DNA of 64,000 nucleotides from Mobula hypostoma (taxonomy: Eukaryota): NCBI RefSeq assembly GCF_963921235.1, contig NC_086109.1, positions 27,778,001-27,842,000 of the forward strand, in the 5' to 3' direction. Each line of letters opens with the position of its first letter. Position 1 is the stretch's first letter. Below are positions 59,280 to 64,000 of this stretch, one piece after another. Both the position numbers and the translations under genes were made by a program. The notes under the pieces are model-generated. The model was not told the DNA's origin, did no database searches, and saw only the letters and a list, made by a program, of their open reading frames with translations.

Positions 59280-59525
59280 TTTGACTGCCACTTACAGACT
59301 ATTCCCGCCTCTCGAAGTCCAACCCTATGTCCCTGTTGCAAGAGGTGGACATGGGTAATGCTGGCCAACAGGGCTCTGGTGAAGCTGTATAGGCTCACCC
59401 CTGAACAGTGAATACAATGGAATACAGAAACATTGATGAACTCCAGCCACACCACCAACTTTGGACAATGAGGTCATCAATGGCCTATGCTCCACTGGGA
59501 GCTATGGGCCCAAGAAGAGGAAGAA
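59280..59525 (+). mobile_element. Bipartite non-autonomous RTE derivative (5' UTR-like structured part joined to an RTE 3' end)
   Basis: 3' end tggcctatgctccactgggagctatgggcc plus (AAG)n is RTE-like; the 5' part is highly base-paired (see findings); no Pol III boxes seen. Confidence 0.6.
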
Positions 59526-61054
59526 CAGACCAACCCCAGGTTAAGAATGCCAGACCCATGGACACACCATACATATGATCAAGCTTCCACAACATTAAAA
59601 CTTACAATGTATATACTTACTGTAGGTTTGTTTCTGTAAAGGCAGAATTAGTTTCCTCTCTCTCTCCCCATGTTTAATAATTGCTGTTTCTCATCATTTC
59701 TGTGCTTTTGATGCCATTCAATAAAAAACAGTGGAGAAATGGTTACAATATTGTGTGATTTTTGTGTATTTTACAACTTACAGACAATATCCATGTGGAT
59801 ATTTGTATAAACAGAACCCATTTGTTTCCCAAGATCAGCCTATATACAATTATAGTGGGGGGGGGGGGAGCATCTCGGTGAAGTAAATAGGGAGGAGTTA
59901 TCTCCCTTGGCAAAGTGGTCAATAACCAGGGGACAAGGATTTGAAGATTTTGATTAAAAGGATATCATGGCCAATGATCAAGAGCCAGATGTTGGGATTG
60001 GACAGTCTAGCTGGACTTTGGTCACCAGAAAGACCCAAGACCAAATGGCCTCCTTAGTTACAAGATTTAACGATTTGATTATGTGAGTTAGAGATTTCTT
60101 CATAACAGTAAAACACTTGCCTAATCTTAAATTACATCAGTTTGCTTTCCTTCTCAAGATATAAAGGAGCTCCAGACCAATGAATAATATCTCAGCCTAG
60201 AGGGTGTTCAAATGGTCTTCACCCTGAAAGGTTAACTCATTTCTCTCTCCTTCAATTCTTTCTGAATATCTGGTGCTTTCCAAAATTCTTTTGGGTTTTT
60301 TATTTTAGATTTCCAGCACCTGCAGATCTTTTTTCAACAATATGTAGAATAACATCCTGATATTTCTGTTTGTCCACTCCATCCTGATGATGAAAATAGC
60401 TGAGTATACCAGAGCACTTAACTGTACTTAACCACAAAAACAAGCAGCTTGCAGGTCATTCTTCCAGAACCATTATGATACCAATACATGCATAGCAACG
60501 TGAGGAGCATCTCAGAAATAATTGTTCACAAAAAACACCCGTAAATCTAAGTTGGACAAGTATTACAAAACCAATTCTTTTCCACTTACCGGAAGAAAAT
60601 AATCAGTCGTTCCATCCAACAACCCCTATGTAACTCCCAGTTCAATTTAGCTAATACAATGTGACCTTTGATTTTGCCACATTCCTCATAAAGAAATAAT
60701 GTAAACAAAATGCTACAGATGATTTGGTAGTCACACTCCTCATCATAGCGTTTTGAAAGAAAATGGTGGCAATAACATCTGGCAATATTTAAACCATTAA
60801 AGGGTGAGGACAACAGAGAAACCTAGAATATTCTTTGAGACTTGATCTACTAAAACTACTTATCCTACAACTGAAACACTTCTTTCTTTAGACTCAGTTT
60901 CAGCTACTGCTTCAAAGACAGGCCCTGGGTCACACAAAGTCTGTTCACCTTTAATTCACCATTAAGGAGATTATTAATATTCATGAACAGCCAACTGTCA
61001 ATAATATTGGAAAATTGTAGTTATATTCATAAAAGCAAATTTTAGGCATGCTTA

Positions 61055-61190
61055 GGCCCGATGAAGAATCTCAGCCCAAAACGTTGACTGTTTATTCTCA
61101 TCCATGAATGATGCCTAACATGCTGAGTTCCTCTAGCATTGTGTGTGTTATTTTGGATTTCCAGCATTTGCAAGATTTTTTGTTTTTATT
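61055..61190 (+). mobile_element. Penelope terminus with decayed hammerhead
   Basis: ccgatga-agaatctcagccc-aaaacgtt-gactg plus family tail. Confidence 0.75.
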
Positions 61191-61769
61191 CCTTCACAGG
61201 CGGGTGGTTTTGTTGGCAAAGGCAACATTTAATCACCCTTTTCCCTGTCTTTGATTGTCACCATCATTACTTGCCCAGGTAACTGATAGCCTGACTTTAC
61301 CTCCCAAACATTCCACCAAGATGGAAAAAGGAAGCAGGTGCATGAGAATTTACAGATTCCTTTCCAAGTCAAACACCACCCTGATTCTCTAAGGGAAATA
61401 GATCCTTATGGTTGACACTACTTAGGCCCTTCACCAAATGTAAACAGTCTCACTGTAGCTTTCCCTGTTCAAAGAAAACAACACAGCTATCCATATTTCA
61501 AAGTTCAAAGTAATGTTAACAGAATACATACATGTCACCACATACAACCCTGTGATTCTTTTTTTCTGCCGGCATACTCAGCAAATCTATAGAATAGCAA
61601 CTGTAAACAGGATCAATGAAAGAACAAGAGCACAGAGGACAAGAAACTGTGCCTCTATGCTCTTGGATACAAGTTTCTGGCTTTGGCAATAGCTTCATAA
61701 ATCTCTTCTTTGGTACAAATGCACCTCTCCAGTTTACATGATGACAAGAAATGTGTGTAGCATTCCAGC

Positions 61770-62900
61770 TGAGTTAACTAATCCTGCAATAGCCTACCAG
61801 TCAGAAGCATCCAATAACCAGTAGCGATTTGCTTTCTACATTTGAGCCAATTCTGGAACCTATTTGCCACATTCCCTTAGCCGTGGTCTATCTGATCACT
61901 CTGCAAGATCTCTGAATGGTTCCACTTCTGTCTAAATGATGGAAGAAAAATTATTGAAGCAGCAGCTGAACTAATCAAGCTCGGTTCAATGCCCCGAGGA
62001 AATCCTGTGGCAAGGCACAGGTTCTAATCAGCCTCCAACCACCGCAAACATTTTCCTTTGGTGAGGTATAACTCCAGCCAGTGAAGAATTGTCTTCATGC
62101 TTCCCATTCAGCTTACCCAGTATTCTTCAATGCTGTCTTAATGTCAAAGGCAGTCACTCTTGCCCTGCCTCGGGATTTCATTGTTCTGTCCTTGTTTGGT
62201 GCCAGATTGTAATGATATTTTCAGCAGGGTAGTCCTGATAGAATTCAACCTGAGCAGTGTTGAGCAGATTACGAATAAGAGCTTCCTCATACAGCAACAT
62301 ATTCCATCCTTTCACTGATAATCAATGCTAGAACAAAGAAGTGGCAAATAATCTAGTTAGACTTGCATTGTTTCAAGTGGACCAGAAGTACCTGAGTAAT
62401 TTATCTTACTGTCAGGCAGGTAACTGTACAACACCAACTCTGTTAAAAGTGCAGCTCATTCAGAAGCCTTGGTGTTCAGAGAGATCACAAATGCTCTATC
62501 CAGTGCACTCAACCACTTCTTGACATTAGGCGGAGTATTGGATGGACTGTCTTCTGCATGGGATCATATCTAAGGAAGGACCCAACTTGGAGGCCCACTT
62601 GGTTCTGTTGGCTGAAGATAGTTGAAAATGCTTGCACTGTACTTCAAATTCCCTACAACCTATTTAATTACTCAGTACTGCTCATGACCGAGTACGGCGG
62701 GATGCAGAACTCCAAACCTAACCACTGTTCATGGGATAACTAAGTCCCACCTACAGCACATTTCATTCACTACGTAGCACCAATCTAAGCACCTGATGCT
62801 GCTCCTGAGAAGCTTGTCACACTCTACATTGGATCTGGTTTGCTCCCCAGCTTGACTGTAATCACTGCAGAGAAGTATTACCTCTGGTGATGGCATGAAG
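61770..62900 (-). mobile_element. Very old CR1/L2-group LINE RT fragment
   Basis: Minus strand NLLNTAQVEFYQ and RVTAFDIKTA (VTALDIKAAFD-like). Confidence 0.55.
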
Positions 62901-63451
62901 TGCCTCATATTTCTTTTTGCTACATCTTTTCTCCATCTATTCTATTCAATGTGATTATGGTGGCACAATCAGTTGGAGACAGGCATCATCTACACTTCGT
63001 GCAATACTACCATCTACAGATATGACATACACACTTTCAATGACTCCACAATTCATGTTCCCAGCAAAACGTATTTATATATTTATTTATTAGTCTTTTT
63101 TTGTATTAGCAGTTTGTCTTTTTTCGCAGATTGGGTGTTTGTCAATATTTGTGTGTACTTTTTCTCTAATTCTATTGTATTTATTTATTCTACTGTGAAT
63201 CACTACAAGGCGTTATCAGGGTAACATGTAGTGATGTATACATAATCTGATAAAAAATTTGCATTGAACTATCGGATGTTTATCATTCAGTGTTCATTCA
63301 GTGAATCAGGCTCGGCTATACTAGAATCATCTCCATTAAGAAACTATTTGACCACTTCCAACACCAGCTGCATCACATTTCCTTTACATCCAGAGAGAAC
63401 TTACTGGTCTGAAATTTAACAGGACTAATGATACCCACAACTTAACAACAG

Positions 63452-63749
63452 AGGCCAAGTGGTTAAGGCATTCGACTGGTGACCTGAAGGTCATGAGTTC
63501 GAGTACCAGCCGAGGCAACGTGTTGTGTCCTTGAGCAAGGCACTTAACCACACAGTGCTCTGCAACAACACCGGTGCCAAGCTGTATTGGCCCTTGCCCT
63601 TCCTTTGGACAACATCGGTGTCGTGGAGAGGGGAGACTTGCAGCATGGGCAACTGCCGGTCTTCCATACAACCTTGCCCAGGCCTGCGCCCTGGAGAGTG
63701 AAGACTTTCCAGGTGCAGATCCATGGTCTCGCAAGACTAACGGATTACT
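63452..63749 (+). mobile_element. tRNA-head, CORE-like, RTE-related SINE, near full length
   Basis: TSD TTAACAACAG (63442-51 / 63750-59); A box (a)GGCCAAGTGG, B box GTTCGAGTACC (63497-507); CORE-like GTGTCCTTGAGCAAGGCACTTAACC; structured body; tail tccatggtctcgcaagact resembles RTE/BovB ends. Confidence 0.85.
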
Positions 63750-64000
63750 TTAACAACAGTAGAGTGCTGGTTGACTGCTGTACAATGAGCGACTCTTCAC
63801 ATGTAAAACAATATGTGTACAAAAAACTCTCGTGCAAAGAAACTCAAAGATCTCATAATAGAGCAATCTATTTAAGCAGCATCTCTGCCTTTCTGCTCAA
63901 ACCTTCTAACTCTAGTTTACTGCAGCTGCAGATAGTTCTAGAGCTACTCATCAGCTTAATTCAACAGCACCTCCCAACCACTCTCTTGCATAGGAAGCCA

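Noticed and set aside
59281..59410. HDV-like ribozyme in the RTE-derived 5' segment
   Set aside because: I could not place the P3/L3, P1.1 and catalytic-C J4/2 pattern by eye; a descriptor search would be needed.
59621..59633. 13-nt minus-strand microexon (tttacAG..GTAAGT)
   Set aside because: Not a multiple of 3 and the upstream region is purine-rich; such site pairs arise by chance.
60590..60822. Minus-strand ORF ending at a GTAAGT donor as an exon
   Set aside because: No convincing acceptor and the peptide is not recognisable.
63452..63512. tRNA gene
   Set aside because: It is the head of a TSD-flanked SINE with no complete cloverleaf; the same applies to 54826-54867.

Overview
Vertebrate, repeat-dominated, AT-rich DNA (intergenic or inside a very long intron). 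The repeat mix is CR1, Rex1/Babar-type LINEs, Neptune-like Penelope elements and V/HE1-type SINEs. It best fits a cartilaginous fish, probably a batoid (inference). I see no intact protein-coding gene, rRNA, tRNA gene or CRISPR array, and nearly every ORF in the track is a decayed transposon frame or its antisense. There are only two weak candidate host exons, both on the minus strand (2203-2282, 21651-21713). Larger elements: a long CR1 (4545-9120) split by a non-autonomous Tigger; a Penelope RT/GIY-YIG remnant (23096-24518); a Gypsy 5' half with a tRNA-Leu PBS; an RTE/Tigger4 nest; a Tc1 DD34E remnant with an internal inversion; and a HERO-clade 3' end. The most interesting signal is structured RNA carried by non-autonomous retroelements. 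(1) About ten Penelope termini carry minimal hammerhead ribozymes: one has an intact core (28516-28553), several have their own TSDs, and one locus places a hammerhead on each strand back-to-back. (2) Two RTE-related non-autonomous elements (59280-59525, 63452-63749) with no recognisable sequence similarity each keep a multi-pseudoknot fold ending in an H-type pseudoknot; an IRES- or ribozyme-like role is a hypothesis. (3) The HERO 3' UTR forms a pseudoknot. Family names come from recognised motifs, not database searches. Boundaries of old repeats are approximate (about +/-20-50 bp) unless a TSD or TIR is quoted.
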